Assembly (NCBI RefSeq): GCF_016433145.1
Contig: NC_058131.1
Location: 270,023,441 to 270,087,440, forward strand
Direction of reading: 5' to 3'
DNA: 64,000 bases
DNA from: Gracilinanus agilis
Lineage: Eukaryota
Part shown: positions 1 to 14,300 of the stretch, one piece after another
Layout of the letters: the number at the start of each line of letters is the position of its first letter
Position numbering within the stretch: the first letter of the stretch is position 1
Position numbers and translations under genes: made by a program
Notes under the pieces: model-generated
What the model was told of the DNA's origin: nothing
Databases searched by the model: none
What the model saw: the letters and a program-made list of their open reading frames with translations, nothing else

Positions 1-25
1 CGCGGGAGGGCAGGCGGAGGAGATC

Positions 26-2335
26 ATGGCCAGGAAGGTCCTAGCGGTCCTGCTGCCGCTGCTGCTTTGCCTGGCTGGCCTCACGGGGCTTCTGCTGCTC
101 TGCATCCCCACCAGGGACGTCCGGGAGCCTCCTGCCTTTAAGGTATCTGTCCCCGGTCCTGGTCTTTTGCCTTCTCGGGTCGCTGTCCTGAAGTTGCCTC
201 TGGGGAGGAGCAGCCCACATTTAATCAGGGTTCTGGACAGTGAGTCAACCACTGGCATGAGCCAGCAGAGCGGAGTTTGGGGCGTTAGGGGCAGAGTGGA
301 GGAATGGGGTCCCCCACCTAGCCCACCAGGTCGGAAGTGGGACTGGGGTCTCTAAGAGTCCTGGCCTGATATACAAATCTGTTCCATATTGCAGGGCTTT
401 TGGTCGGGTTGTGGAAGTTCTCCTCCCCAACCCCGGACCCTCGAAAGAATCATTTAGGCTGGGTACCAAGGTTCTTCCCACACACAAGACAGGGCTGGGC
501 AGGACTGCCTGGGGCTCCCCTCCTCCCTGTTTCTGTCTTTGCTTCCGGGAGGAGCAGAAATGATTGAAACAGCAAATTGGCTGCCAAGTTTTCTTCTGGG
601 AGTTTCTTTGGGATCCCCCCACACACATATATGAACAAAGATGATGGAGTCCTACACATACATGTATACACAGTGGGAGGCCTTGCCCCTCTCTCTGCCA
701 TAGCCAAGACCAACTCAGGTCTCTGATAGTGGATTTGTAGGCCAGGTCATGAGGCATATTATGACTCTAGTTTCTGGTCCCAAAACCAGTTTGGCAAAGG
801 TACCCAGACCTCCTAAGTATCTTGGATGGACAGGTACTTTTGCTTTCTTATGAAGCAAAATGACCAGCTCTGAGGATGACCAAAGTTTAGCTAATGCTAA
901 CATGACCTGCATCAATTTGGGGTGCACAGGAAGCTTTATTCCTAAAATCATTGCACCCAAATTTTTTTAGATGGACTCAAAAGATGGAAAGAAGTGAGTT
1001 CTTCCCCAAACTAGCTGGTGGGAAGTTATGCAGGGCAGGGTTGAAGGGAGAGCAGATTCAGCAGCAGTCTCTTCATACTTAACTTTTAACCCTTTGTTGG
1101 ATTCCTCCTGCCCTCCTTTACTCATTCTTTTCCAGGTGACCCTGATGTTGGGCTGTATAGTGGGAAGACTTCCAGGATGTTGTATGTGATGTTTGGATGG
1201 TTCACAAACTGGCTTATGAGCTCCTGAATAGTTGGGAGTTGGCTGGACCAGGATCTGGATTTCTTGATTTTTCCTGGGAGGGAGACAGAGAAGGCTGGGG
1301 CTTAAAAATATAGAAGGGAAGTAAAGAAGAGGTCTTCCCAGAGCAAGTGGTCTGTGGGTGATCCATGTATTCATTCATCCTTCTTCCTTTGGCTTTCTGG
1401 CAGACCTTCTTTTACGTCCCTCTGGGTGGGGTTCTCACTAGAGCACAACACTGATAGGGGAGGGATCCTGGGGATAAATAGCCTATCTGGCACAAGATGC
1501 CTCCTTTTGTACATCTGTACAGTAGGAGTACTCATCCATGGGAGATGACACCTAAGGCTGTATTCACAGTTTAATAATTGAATCCATTTGATTAATTCTT
1601 TATGGATTACCAGCAATACAATTGAGCAAGCCTGTTCTTTTCCATGTTACCCATGGCTTCAAAGAGGTTACCCTAATCATTTATAGCCCTTTTCCTTTCA
1701 GCTAGCAGGGTGGAAATCAAAGATGCTCTCAGACAGTGATGGAATGTTGTATTCTTTCCCTAGATCCCCCTGAAAGAGCAGCAAACTATAGCCCTACTTC
1801 ATCTGATGGCCTCAAATTTCTCAACTTCAAAATATATTGACATTAAGGAAGTTTGGGGCAGAGGGGAAGAAGGAAGGAAAGTAGTGGCTTTGAGGAGACA
1901 GTACTCAGGCACTGTCCTCTTCCCACTACCACCCCAGCTATTATTCTTTACTATATGTTCCCTTGAGCACCCTTTGCATTGGAACACCTCTCTGCTTTCC
2001 TCTTCAGCTCATTACACTCCCAGGTGATTGTCAAGAACATCTGGTTCCAGAGCCCTCAATCTTAAGGACACCACAGCCCTTGCCCATCTCAGTTGCCTAT
2101 AGAAGTTGGACTCATGCTGATGTTAACTTAGCTGTTCTCATCCTCTGTCCTAGGAGAATTTGCTACTCATAAGCTAGCAAGGCTTCCTGCCAGAGCAAGC
2201 CAGAACCTGAAACCCTGGGCCACCTCCACCTGAGTCTTGCTGGCCCTACTCCTTGCCATGACACTGCTCGGTTTTCCAACTGTCCCCTTCTGGAGTGTGG
2301 CTGTGTGTGGTTATGTATGTGTATATATGTGCCTC

Positions 2336-2368
<33 letters not shown>

Positions 2369-5300
2369 TGTGTGTGTTAGTGGTGGTGGGAAGATATTCA
2401 CTCTTCCAGGGCCATTTTGGGGTTTAGTAGGCTCTAGGGCTTGAGAATTTTGTGAGCTGGGAATTTTCTAGCAACCTCCTGGAGCTAATTCTCTACCCAT
2501 ATTCTCTCCTCTCTCCAAGTATGGCATTGTCCTGGATGCTGGATCTTCGCACACATCTATGTTTATCTACAAGTGGCCAGCTGACAAGGAGAATGACACA
2601 GGCATCGTGAGCCAGCATAGCATGTGTAATGTACACGGTGAGGTGGGGGATAGGCAGGGGGTTCTGTACTTTTTATTTTGCAATGAGGTGGGGGATGCTT
2701 TGGTACAGAGGAATAGAGATCCCTAGAGAGAAACAACTATGGATAGATAGGAGTTGGAAACCTGAGTCAAACACTCAGCCCCCTCCCTCCTTGAGATTTC
2801 TGTCCAGAGCAGTGATTTTTCAACTTTTTTTTTGGCTCACAACACAGTATTCTTTGCTATGAGGGATGGTGGCGCACTGACTGTTTAAATTAGAAGAATT
2901 GGCAGACTCACACATGCAGCTTTACTTCATAAATGCAGCTGGTTTTCTTTTTATTTGTGAGTTCAGGGTCTGACATGTTTAGAGGTTTGTGCATAGGCAA
3001 ATTTTGTTTATTTTATATATCATACTTACCACATTCCATATGTTGAGTAAATAAGTTATATTAAACGAAATTGTTTTGAATTTTCTTTTATCTACAATAT
3101 CATGGTATCCAAAATTTTGCAATATACATATCAAAATCCATGGAACACACTTTGAGAACCACCAGTCATGGGAACCACAAGGTCATGGATTCTTGAAACT
3201 GGAAAGGAATTTGGCAATCTGGTCTAATCCTTCTCATTATACAGATAGATAAACCTAGGATCTGAGGAGATCAATGGTGCCCAGAGTTACATAGCAGTTC
3301 AGTCAATCATCATCAAGATAATGATTTTGGCAAGATATTGTCACTCCTCCATGCCTCAGTTCCTTCATCCTTAAGATTACGGACTGGAAAACGCAGAAAG
3401 CTGACTTCCATTTGTGAATCCTAACATCAAAATCCAGGTCTCCTGATTCCTTGTTTAGGTCTTTTCCCATTATATTTGAGGTCCTCCTGTCACTGAAGGG
3501 GTCCCAAGGTCCGAGCACTAAGGCCTGAGGTGCATAGGACTATTTGGAAAACAGGAGAATAAGAATATGGGAAAATGTCCTGAAAATGATCTTCCTAGGG
3601 GAGGAGGGTAATGAATGAATTAATAAAAAGACATTTATTGAACTCTATGTGCCAGGCACTTTATCTCCTTTCTCCTTTTCTTCCATTCTCATGTTAGCAC
3701 AGATGGACATAGAGACTGGGGAAGTTGGAGCTGGTCCTCAGACCTGAGGATATGGTTTCTTTCAGATATCACCCTCCTTTGTCCCATGGCTTTGGAAGAC
3801 TTCTTTTGTCTCTGCCACTCACCTGATGTGTGATCTTGGACTAGCCACTTCATTTTTTGGGGAGGCCTCAGTCTCCTTATCTGTAAAATTGGGGATTTTG
3901 GGTGATCTCCAAGGTCCCTTTATGGTACAAGATCTTCTGATCTAAGCCAGGTGGATAAGGCTGCTTAAGCTATGGCATTGTGTGTATAGGTGACACACCC
4001 AGACCCTGTTTAGGGAATTTCTTCCTGGGAAGGGTAAGGTAAGAAAGGCTTTTATGGGTTGGGGGGATGGAGGAGTGGTTAGATCTGAGCTAATGCTGTC
4101 CCTAATCTACCCCCTGTAACCAGGAATCTCTCTTTGTCTGTACACCTGTGTTTATACCCAGCTGGGAAGTGGCATTCAATTTCTTTATGTTCGAGGGCAG
4201 GAGTGGCTCCTTTACTTTTCTTGTAAAAAAAAAAAATACATTTATATTGATAGCTTTTGTTTTTACATCACCTACATTTTCCTCTGCCCCTCCCAGAGAG
4301 TCACCGCTTATAACAAAGATTTTTAAAAAGAAAGAAAAAATGCCCCCTTTCTTTTTAGCTTGGCTGGACATTCCTTTCCCAGGGATAGGAGCAAATAGAT
4401 GAAAGAGGAGAACATACATGAATCATACGTGGAATCATCTTCTTTGCTATGCCAGTTTCATCTGGAAAGTCCTTCTTCCCCCAAGACTATGACCCTCTGT
4501 GCTAATCCTTAACTGTACTGTGCCCATTGGGCACAGAGAAGGCTCTACCTTTTCTAGGGTAAGAGTTTATAAGTATTTGATAATCTTTTCCCCAAGAAAT
4601 TCTAGGAGGGTGCTTTGCTAGATTGATATGTGGCTACCAAGCTCTGAGCTAAGGATTTGAGCCATTTATAACTCAGTTTCCAGAATGACTTCAAAAACTC
4701 CTCCAAAACATATATTTTCTTTCCTCTTCTCCTTCACCCCAGAACCACTTTACAGTTTGATTGTTTGTCTTTTTTTCCTGTATAGAACATATTTGGAGGC
4801 AGAAGAGAAGGTATAGAGATTAGGGTGCATTTTCATAAAATAATTGGACTATAAGTTTTTAAAAAATAAATTTTATTGACTTTTCCCAATATATTCCCCC
4901 TTTGCCCTTCCTTATAGACTAGAAAAAGAGGAGGAAAAGAAGTGTAGCACAACTATTAACCAACATATGGAATGAGTTTGTTATTATATGCAGCATTCCA
5001 CACTCAGCAAAAATACTGAGGCAGGTACATTCTCATGCCTTTTCTTTAAGGCCACGCTTGATCAGTATAATTTCATAGTATTCAATTTAAATTTTATTGT
5101 GACTGCTCTTTCCATTTACATTATCATATTGCCATTTACATAGTGTAGTTAGTAGTAGTGTTGTTAGTGTACATATTGTTTTTCCTGGTTCTCCTTACTT
5201 AATTTTGTATCAGTTCATATAACTTTTCCTGCGTCTGCAATATCCTATTGTATTTAAGTAATTTGTTTAGCCATTCCCCAATTGATGTGTATCCACATTG

Positions 5301-8300
5301 TATGTACCCTTTTCTTTGATACTTCAAAAGATGATGCTTTAATTGTTGCTATATTTTGATGTAGGGGTAGGTAAGTGGTACAGAGGATAGAGGACTGGGC
5401 CTGGAATCAGGGATTCAGGGAACTCAAGGATACTGAGTTCAAATCTGGCCTCAGACACTTATTAGCTGTGTGACTTAACAAGTCACTTAATCCTGTCTGT
5501 GTCAGTTCCTTCTCTGTAAATGGAGCTAGAAAAGAAAATGGTGAACCATTTTAGTATTGTTGCCAAGAAAACTCCAAATGACGTCTTGAAGAGTAGGACA
5601 CTACTGAACAACAAAACATTTTGATGTATTTAGGACCTTTCCTGGGGTGTGCTGGAACCAACTTGTATAGTCAGGAAGCAGTTATTAGATTTTTGGTGTG
5701 AGTATTTACACCTTAGATATCTGCAAACGTCAAATAAAGGTTTGTTTTATGGCTTTGCTGATTATCTAGACTTAACAAAGTGTTAATAAAGAAGATTAAA
5801 CATAAAAGTGTGTTGTGGTCACACTTTTTTTTTTCTCCCAGAGAGAAGGTTGTTAAACATTTACCAGTATATCTCTGGACCTTTATTTTTATCATTGTCC
5901 TCTCTGAGGTATAGACCTAGCAGTGAGATCTCTGGATCAAACAGCATGGGCATTTTAATGAACAAAGATCATTTTAATCACTTCTTAAACATAATTTCAG
6001 ATTGTTTCTCACTCTGGTTATACCAATCCATAGCTCTACTAACAGTGTATTAATGTATCTTCCATTCTTGATTATTCCTATATTTTGCCATCTTTGCCAA
6101 CTTATTTAGTGTGAGATTTGCTTTGCAGTTCTCTTGTTTCAGTGATTTGGGGCAGTCCTTCACATGGTTGTCAATAGTTCGCAATTCTGAGAACTATTGA
6201 TATCCTTTGTTCATTTATCCATTGAAGAATGGATGTTGATATATGTGTATATAGTCAGGCATAGATAGAAAATTCGTTGCTAAGGCCTCTCAATTTCAGT
6301 TTTGCAACATCTATCCAATATATCTCTTCTGACATTGCCACAACTCTGGTGCAGACCCTCAACACCTCATGCCTGGATCATTGTAATAATCTGTTAATGG
6401 GTCTGCTTATCTCAAATTTCTCCTCATTTCAATCCATTTTCTATTCAGCCACTGAAGTGATTTTCCTAAAATATAAATCCAGTCATGTCACCATCCTCTC
6501 CCCTACTCAGTAAACTTCAGTGGTTTCCTATTGCTTTCAGAAGAAAACACAAAATGCTCTGTTTGGCATTCAATGCCTTTTGTAACTTAATCCCTTCTTA
6601 TCTGTCCAGTATTCCTATATCTTGCTCCCTGACATGAACTCTTCCATTAAATGATTCTGCCTTCTTGGCTGCTTCACAAACCTGACCCTCCATCTCTCTG
6701 TTCTAGGCATTTCCTCTGGCTGTCTCTCATGTTTGGAATGCTTTCCCTCTTCCAGTCCAGCTACTGGTCTTCCTGGCTTCCTTTAAGTTCCAACTAAAGT
6801 ACAACCCTTTATGGGGAATCTTTCCTAACTTCTCTTGATTCCCTCTTTGGATTATTTTCTATTCCTATATACAGCTTGCTTTGTATATATTTGTTTGCAT
6901 GTTGCCTCAACTAATAGACCGTAGGTTCCTTGAGGACACAGAATGTCTTTTGGACTTTTTGTATCCCCAGTGCTTAGCACATAAAACATATTTCATAAAT
7001 ATTTATTGAATAAATAAATGTCATGTTTATGTGCATATATGTGTATATATGACAACTTGGCTCAGTGACTAGAAAGCTGGCCTCTTTGAGTTAGGAAGAC
7101 AGGTCCTGAACTCAGTTCTCACCTTTAACCTATCCTGGCTGAATGACCCTGGGTAAATTACTTAACCTCTCAATGCTCTAGGCAATTTTCTAACACTAAA
7201 TTGTAGAGAAAGTGCCGACCTGCATTAGTAGAGGGAATTTCCTCTCCTGAAAGTTTACTCTTCTTGTGGGGAAAACCAGGGTAGTTAACTTAAATATTTA
7301 TCTGGGTTCAGAAGGGTGATGCTAATGAAATTATAGATTCAATCCCCATCCCTACATTTAAGTTCTTAGATATGACACTTACCAGTGATATATTTAATAG
7401 AAAAGTTATTTTTCCAATAGACAGCCTTCCTTCTTGTCATAATTGTGCTTATTTTATTAGTGCAAAAATTTTTTAATTTCATGTAATTAAAGTTATCTAT
7501 TTTATCTTTAGAATCACTTCTATCCTTTGGTTAAGAATTTTCCTCCTGGAACAATTTGTAACTATGTCTAGAGAGCTATAAAACTGTACATTTTTTGATC
7601 CTATAATACCACTACTAGATCCGTATCCCAAAGAGATCATAAAAAAGTGGAAAGGACCTACTCGTGCAAAAAAAAAAATGTACAGAAGCTTTTTTTTGTG
7701 GTGGCAAAGAACTGGAAATTGAGGGGTTGTACTTCAATTGGGGAATGGCTGAACAAACTATAGTATAGGATGGTGATGGAATACTATCATGCTATAGAAA
7801 ATGATAAGCAGGATGATTTCAGAAAAAGTTCGGAAGACCTACATGAACTGATGCAGAGTGAAATAAGCACAATTGGGAGAACACTGTACACAGTATCAGC
7901 AATATTCTACAGTGATCAACTGTGAAAGATGTAGCTACTCTCAGCAATGATCCAGGACAATCTTGAAGGCCTTATAACAAAGAATGCCATCCACCACCAG
8001 AGAAAGAATTATTGGAGTTGGATATAGATCGAAGCATACTGTTTTTCACATAAATTAATTTATGGCTCTATTTTGGGGTTTTAGTGTTATGTAAATATTC
8101 TCTTACAACAGTGGCCAATATGGAAGTGTGTTTTGCATGATAATAAATGTATAATCCAGATCAAATTGCTTACCATCTTCAAGAGGGAAGGGGGAAGGGA
8201 GGAAAGGGGACATCTTACAATTTTGGAAAATATATATTGGAAATTGTTATTACATGTAAAAGGGAAAATAAAATATCTTTGAATAAAAAAAAAAGGGAGA

Positions 8301-11300
8301 AAGAATTTTCTTCCTAGCCTTAGCTGTGAAAAGTACTTGATCTAGATTTCATCTCCTTTTTTATGGTGAGATTTTTAGTATTTGGGTAATATATATAACT
8401 ATAAATTGTTGTAAGTCAAAGATACCTTAGGAACCATCTAGCCCAATCCCTTTCTTTTTTATTATAAAATTTTATTATGATTCACTATAATTTTCCTATC
8501 TATGCAAATGTGCTTTATTTTTTCCTAGCAATATTTTTCCCAATTACATATAGAAACCATTTTTAACTATTGTTTACTGACAATTTATGATCCAAATTCT
8601 CTTCCTCCTTCTCTTTCCTCCTCCCTCCCTGAGAGGACAAGTAACTTGATATAGGTTATACTATATTATCAGGTATTATGTATTTTATCATGTTATGAAT
8701 GAAGATACATATCACACATACAGGAAAAAAACTGATGAAATAAATAAGCTGAAAAATGGCATGCTTTGACCTAAGACCCCTTCAGTTCCTTCTTTGAGGA
8801 TGGAAAGCATTTTCATCATGAGTCCCTTGGAGTCATCTTGCTAATTTTTGTTTCTTTTGCAAATGATATAACTTGGACCCAGAGATGGAAAGTGCCCTCA
8901 TGAAGGTCACATAATGAGTTTATGATGAGCTAAAGCTGGAACCCAGGGCTCTTGACCTGCTGACTATGCCATTTTCCCCTATACAAATAGTATGGTAATT
9001 AGAATCCTTGGTGTTTATTGGGAAAAGATAAGAGAAATGGGTTTCAATACATCTTCTTTAGGGCATTGATAAACATTGGTTATCTTCCTCTCTTCTTTTT
9101 CCCCATCTGTCTGGCTTCTTAGGTGGTGGTATCTCCAGTTATGCAGAGGATCCCCCTGGGGCAGGCCGAAGCTTGGTGGACTGTCTCAACCAAGCCATTG
9201 AAGATGTGCCCAAGGAGAGACACTCTGTCACTCCCCTCTACCTGGGTGCCACTGCAGGCATGAGACTACTGAAGTAAGTTTCTCTCGTCTGCTGCTCTGC
9301 CCACATTTCTTCCCTGGGAGTGCCTTGGCATTAGAATTGACATAGAGCTGTATGCCTTTTTCCCTTCCTCAGCCAACTTCATGTAGGCAAGTCTAGCTTT
9401 TTGTTGATCTGTTCTAGGTAAGAGATGGCAAAATCCAGTCCAGAATTTCTCTTCAGTGATCATAGGACTTCCTAGTCCACCTGAAGTACATCTTTATTTG
9501 TTGCAGAACACTCTCCTGGGCTCACTTTTATTTGCTGTAGTACACTCTCCTGGGCTTTTGGTGAAATAAAATGTTGGAACTGATTTTTCCAGGACTAAAT
9601 TCTTGTTACTTGGAGACCAAATATATTCATAAAATCAAAGAATTGTAGATTTAGAGCTGTAGAAAGCATCCAGTTTAACCCTCTCATTTTATAAAAGAGG
9701 AAATTGAGACCCAAAGAAATTATATAACTTGCCCAGAATCATACAGGTGGTAAGTGACAGTCTTAGGTTTGAACTCAGGTCTGTTGTTGTACAGTCATTT
9801 TTCAGTCATATCTGACTCTTTGACCCTCCATTTGGGATTTTCTTGGCAAAGATACTAGAATAGTTTACCACTTCCCTCTTCAAGTCATTTTACAAATGAG
9901 GAATCTGAGACAAGTTGGGTTAAATGACTTGCCTAGGGTCACACAGCTAGTAAGTCTCTGAGGTTGGATTTGAATTCAGGAGAATTCCTGAGTCCAGGCC
10001 CAGGACTCTATTCATTGCACCACCTACCTAGTTGCTCAATCCAGGTTCTCTGGCTGCAAATTCAGTTTTCTTTTCACTATTCAAAGGACATTAGAAGTCC
10101 TTTAGTCTATAAGGCTCTTTACATGGAATATATGTAAATATTTTTCCAGGGGTCCAGGAACTTCAATGAGAAACAAATTTCATCTTCATTTTCACTAACC
10201 TTTAATTGAAATTTAACTTTTCCTTCAATTATTGAAAGATATTACAGCATTCTAAGAAGGAGTCCATTGGCTTTTGCAGATCCATGAAACAAAAAAAAGA
10301 TTAAGAACCCCTACTTTTGTCCATCCCCCTCATTTTATAGAGAAAGCATTTGAAGCCTAGAATGTTATATAGTATTATATATAGTGTTATTATATAACAT
10401 AGTATAGTATGCAGATAGAAAGTAAGAGAATTAAGTCTCAAATTTTAGTCCTTTGAGTCCAGATCCAATTTTTTAAATGTTTAATTTTTTCCAATTACAT
10501 GTAAAATTTTTTAGCATTCATAGTAAAAAATGTTGCTTTAAATTCTCTCCCTCCCTCCTGTCCCCACTCCTTGAAAAGGCAAGCAGTTTGATATAGTTAT
10601 ACATGTGCAGTCATACAACGCTTGTTTCTATATTAGCCATGTTGTGAAAGAAAACATAGACCAAAAAACAAACAAAAAGCAAGAAAACGAAAAAAAATGT
10701 GCTTCAATCTGCATTCAGACTCCATCAGTTCTTTCTCTGGAGGTGGATAGCATTTTTCATCAAAACTCCTTCAGAATTGTCTTAGATCATTGTATTGCTC
10801 AGGATAGCTAAGAATTTCACAGTTGATCATCATACAATATTGCTGTTACCATATACAATGTTGTCCTGGTTCTGCTCACTTCACTTTGTATCAATTTATA
10901 TAAGTCTTTCCAGGTTTTTCTGAAATCCTCCTGCTCGTCATTTCTTATAGTACAATAGTATGCCATCACAATCATATACCATGACTTGTTCAGCCATTCC
11001 CCAGTTGATGGATATCCTCTCAACTTCCAATTCTTTGCCACTACAAAAAGGAGTGTTATAAATATTTTATATCTATATCTTTTTCCTTTTTATCTCTTTG
11101 GATTTATACTTTGTTTTTGTTTGTTTGTTTGTTTGTTTTTACCTCTTACATGTAACAAATTTCCACACAAGTTTTCCTACGTTATATGATTGAATTTATC
11201 TCCCTCTCTCCCTTCCCTTCCCTCTTCTGGTGCTAGCATGTGATTTGATCTGGATTATACATGTATTTTTTATCTCTTTAGGATACAGACTTAGTAGTGG

Positions 11301-14300
11301 CATTCTGGGTCAAAGAGTATGCACAGTTTTAAGTCCTTTGGGCATAGATTGAAATTGCTCTCCAGAATGGAGATTGGATTAGTTCACAATTCTGTCAATA
11401 GAGTATGAGAGTCCCAATTTTTCATCCAACCTTTGTCATTTCTTTTTTCTGTCATATTAGCCAATCTGACAGGTGTGAGGTGGTACCTCAGAATTGTTTT
11501 ACAAAGATAGTATTTTGGATGCTCTATGGCTGCCCTCTTTTTTTTTTTTTTTTTTTTTTTTTCTTTTTTAACCTACCTCCATGGGCAGGGTTGATGAGGC
11601 TGTCAGGAAGGACAGGAAAGGACATTAAGAGGTCTCTATATTTCCTGTAGCCTGACCAGTCCAGCTGCTTCAGACAGTGTCCTTTCATCAGTGACTGAGA
11701 CGTTAACCCAATACCCCTTTGACTTCCGAGGGGCTCGGATTCTGTCTGGCCAGGATGAGGGAGTTTTTGGCTGGATCACTGCCAACTATCTCTTGGAGAA
11801 TTTCATCAAGGTGGGTTTTGGTGACTGCTCACCCTTTTTGAGGCTCCTATTTCCTCATACCTTATCTTGCCACCAAGTAGACAACATCCTATTGTCCTAG
11901 GATACACAGGGACAAACCAGCTATTTCTCGGTCCCTTTGTTACTAACACCATGAGACTCAACTCATTTCTCTAAATCTATATACCATTTACTTGCCCCTA
12001 ATCACAACTCTAACCCAGCTAAGTGCTTAAAAATCTTGTCTATGACTGCTCTCGTTAGGGCCCCACATGGGTAGACAGGGGGCTGGATCTTTGGTGGCAC
12101 CTGGCTTTGCTACTGAATTCCTTATTCATTTGGATAAGAAACTCTTCCCCATAAAACACCAGCACTTCTTTCATGATTCCAGTCTCAGAAAACTCCTTGG
12201 GGGAGGAGGGTTGTGCACCTGAGAGAGCTAAGTCTTTGACACATAGTGGGTACTTAATAAATCTTTATTGATTTCTCTTCTCTCCCTTTCCCTTTGTCTT
12301 CCCCTTCTCTTATAGTATGGCTGGATAGGGCAGTGGATCCGACCAAGGAAGGGGACAGTGGGGGCCATGGACCTAGGTGGAGCATCTACACAGATCACCT
12401 TTGAGACAGACAGACAAATTGAGGACCCTGCCAATGAGGTCAAGTTGCAGCTCTATGGCCAGAGTTACAGAGTCTACACCCACAGCTTCCTGTGCTATGG
12501 TAGAGACCAAATCCTTAAGAGGTTGCTGGCTGGTGTGCTTCAGGTATGACTAGCCAACTCCAAAGGAAGGGCCCCTTGGGACCACCCCTACTTGTCTAAA
12601 GTACTCTCCCTCTCATCCCACCTGCAATCTCCACTGCTACTCAGTGTCTCTCTTGCCAGCAAAGAGCCTCTATTCAGGAGCTCTGTTCTTATATGACTTT
12701 CAGACTCTGATGTGAGTCTCTTGCCTGGGTGGGCTTGCTAGCTCTCTCTTTTCTACTTCCCTTACCCAACCAGCTCAAGATAACAACTTCCTCAGTTTTC
12801 CCTGATTCTATGAGCAGGTAGAAGGTGTAAATGAATCAATTAATCCATAAGCCCTTACTAAGTTCCCAGTATGCCCGTCCTATGCAGGAGATAAGAAAAG
12901 GTGCAGGGTTTGTTCCCTTGGAGTTCATAGGATGGTTAGGGAGATGAGATCCATCCTTCTATCCAAGTCATATCATCTCATTTATACCTCATGTATTACC
13001 TCACCACAACTCTGGGAGATAGGTGTGATTATTATCCCCATTTTAGAGATGAAGAAGCTGAAGCTGAAGCAGAGAGAGGTTAAGTGACTTGCCCAGAGTC
13101 GTGTAGCTAGTATATGAGGCTAGATTTGAACTCAGGTCTTTCTGACTCCAGGCCCATCATTCTGTACAGTTCTTCATGAATTTGTCTCATTTAAGAATTA
13201 GACATCAAAATAGGACAATGTATAATCCAGAACTCTATAGAGGGTGTAGTTCAAACCCTGAGTGTTCTAAAAGTAAAGAGAAGGGGCAAGATTCATGGTG
13301 GAAGAAGTGGTAAGAGAAGACTTTTCAAAGGAGGTAAAATTTGAACTGATACTTAAAGGATGAATGGGTAGAATATAGATAGGCAGTAGAGAGGGGAAGA
13401 CGATTTTAAGTTGGGGGATGCATTAAACAAAGTGCAAAGACAGAAACAGCTCTAATGTGTAAGGCTCAGTAATGATACAGGGCTAGCTGAATGAAGACTA
13501 GATATAGAAAAATAATAGGATTAGAGCAGGCATTTCAGAAATTTGGGGGCCTTGAATGCCACGTGGAGAATTTTAAGCTTGATCTTACAGTCAGTGAAGA
13601 CCCAATAGAAATTCTTAAGTAGGGAAATAACATGATAAAAAATGAAGTTTGAAGATGATTGATCTGGTAGCTGTTCCGGCTGGGGCCAGGCCAAGATTGG
13701 GAACATTGGTGGCTTGCTAGTGGGGGGGAAGGGAGGGCAGGATGTATACTGGTAGGAGTTTCTACACCTAATTCCCTGTATCTTCCGTATTCCAGAGATA
13801 TAACTCACATCCCTGCTGGCCCAAAGGCTATCAGACCAAAGTCCTCTTGAAGGATGTATACACATCACCATGTACTTCAGCCCTGAGACCTCAGCACTAT
13901 GATGACAATGCCAAGACAACCCTTTCTGGGAGTGGTGATCCTATCCTCTGCCAGCAGCTTGTTTCAGATCTTTTCAACTTCTCATCCTGCTCTTTCTCCA
14001 GATGTTCCTTCAACAGCATTTTCCAGCCTCCTGTAGCTGGGAACTTTATTGTGGGTCCAAGGACATCATTTCTCTTTGGGCATGGGATAGGGTCTTCCTC
14101 CCAGAGGGCCATTAGGGGTCTAGTATTCATTTTTGCAGCTAAATCCCATCTTATCCAAAGGGTTAGGCCTGCGGCTTATCGTCCTGGACTTTATCCCAGA
14201 TACTGATTTCTCCATCTGTGCCATTAGACCCTCTTTGGGAGAGAGCAAGTAGCCCATAGTTCAACCCAGATACCAATTGTCCCTCAGCTGAGGGATTTAA

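Larger units (their letters stand above)
4865..6235 (-). mobile_element. Fragmented antisense L1 3' region, interrupted by a MAR1 SINE and a hAT MITE
   Basis: T-rich sequence with motifs typical of reverse-complemented marsupial L1 ORF2 end and 3'UTR (e.g. agccattccccaattgatg, gatctctggatcaaacagcatg); boundaries approximate. Confidence 0.65.

Noticed and set aside
26-355. 109-aa ORF as a standalone gene
   Set aside because: It is ENTPD2 exon 1 read past the GT donor at 143 into the intron.
914-963. Inverted repeat aatttggggtgca ... tgcacccaaatt, and nearby snoRNA-like ATGA/CTGA words
   Set aside because: Only a 12-bp imperfect stem with no proper box C (RUGAUGA); compatible with chance.
10817-11041. 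74-aa ORF as a host gene
   Set aside because: It is a decayed L1 ORF2 C-terminal fragment.
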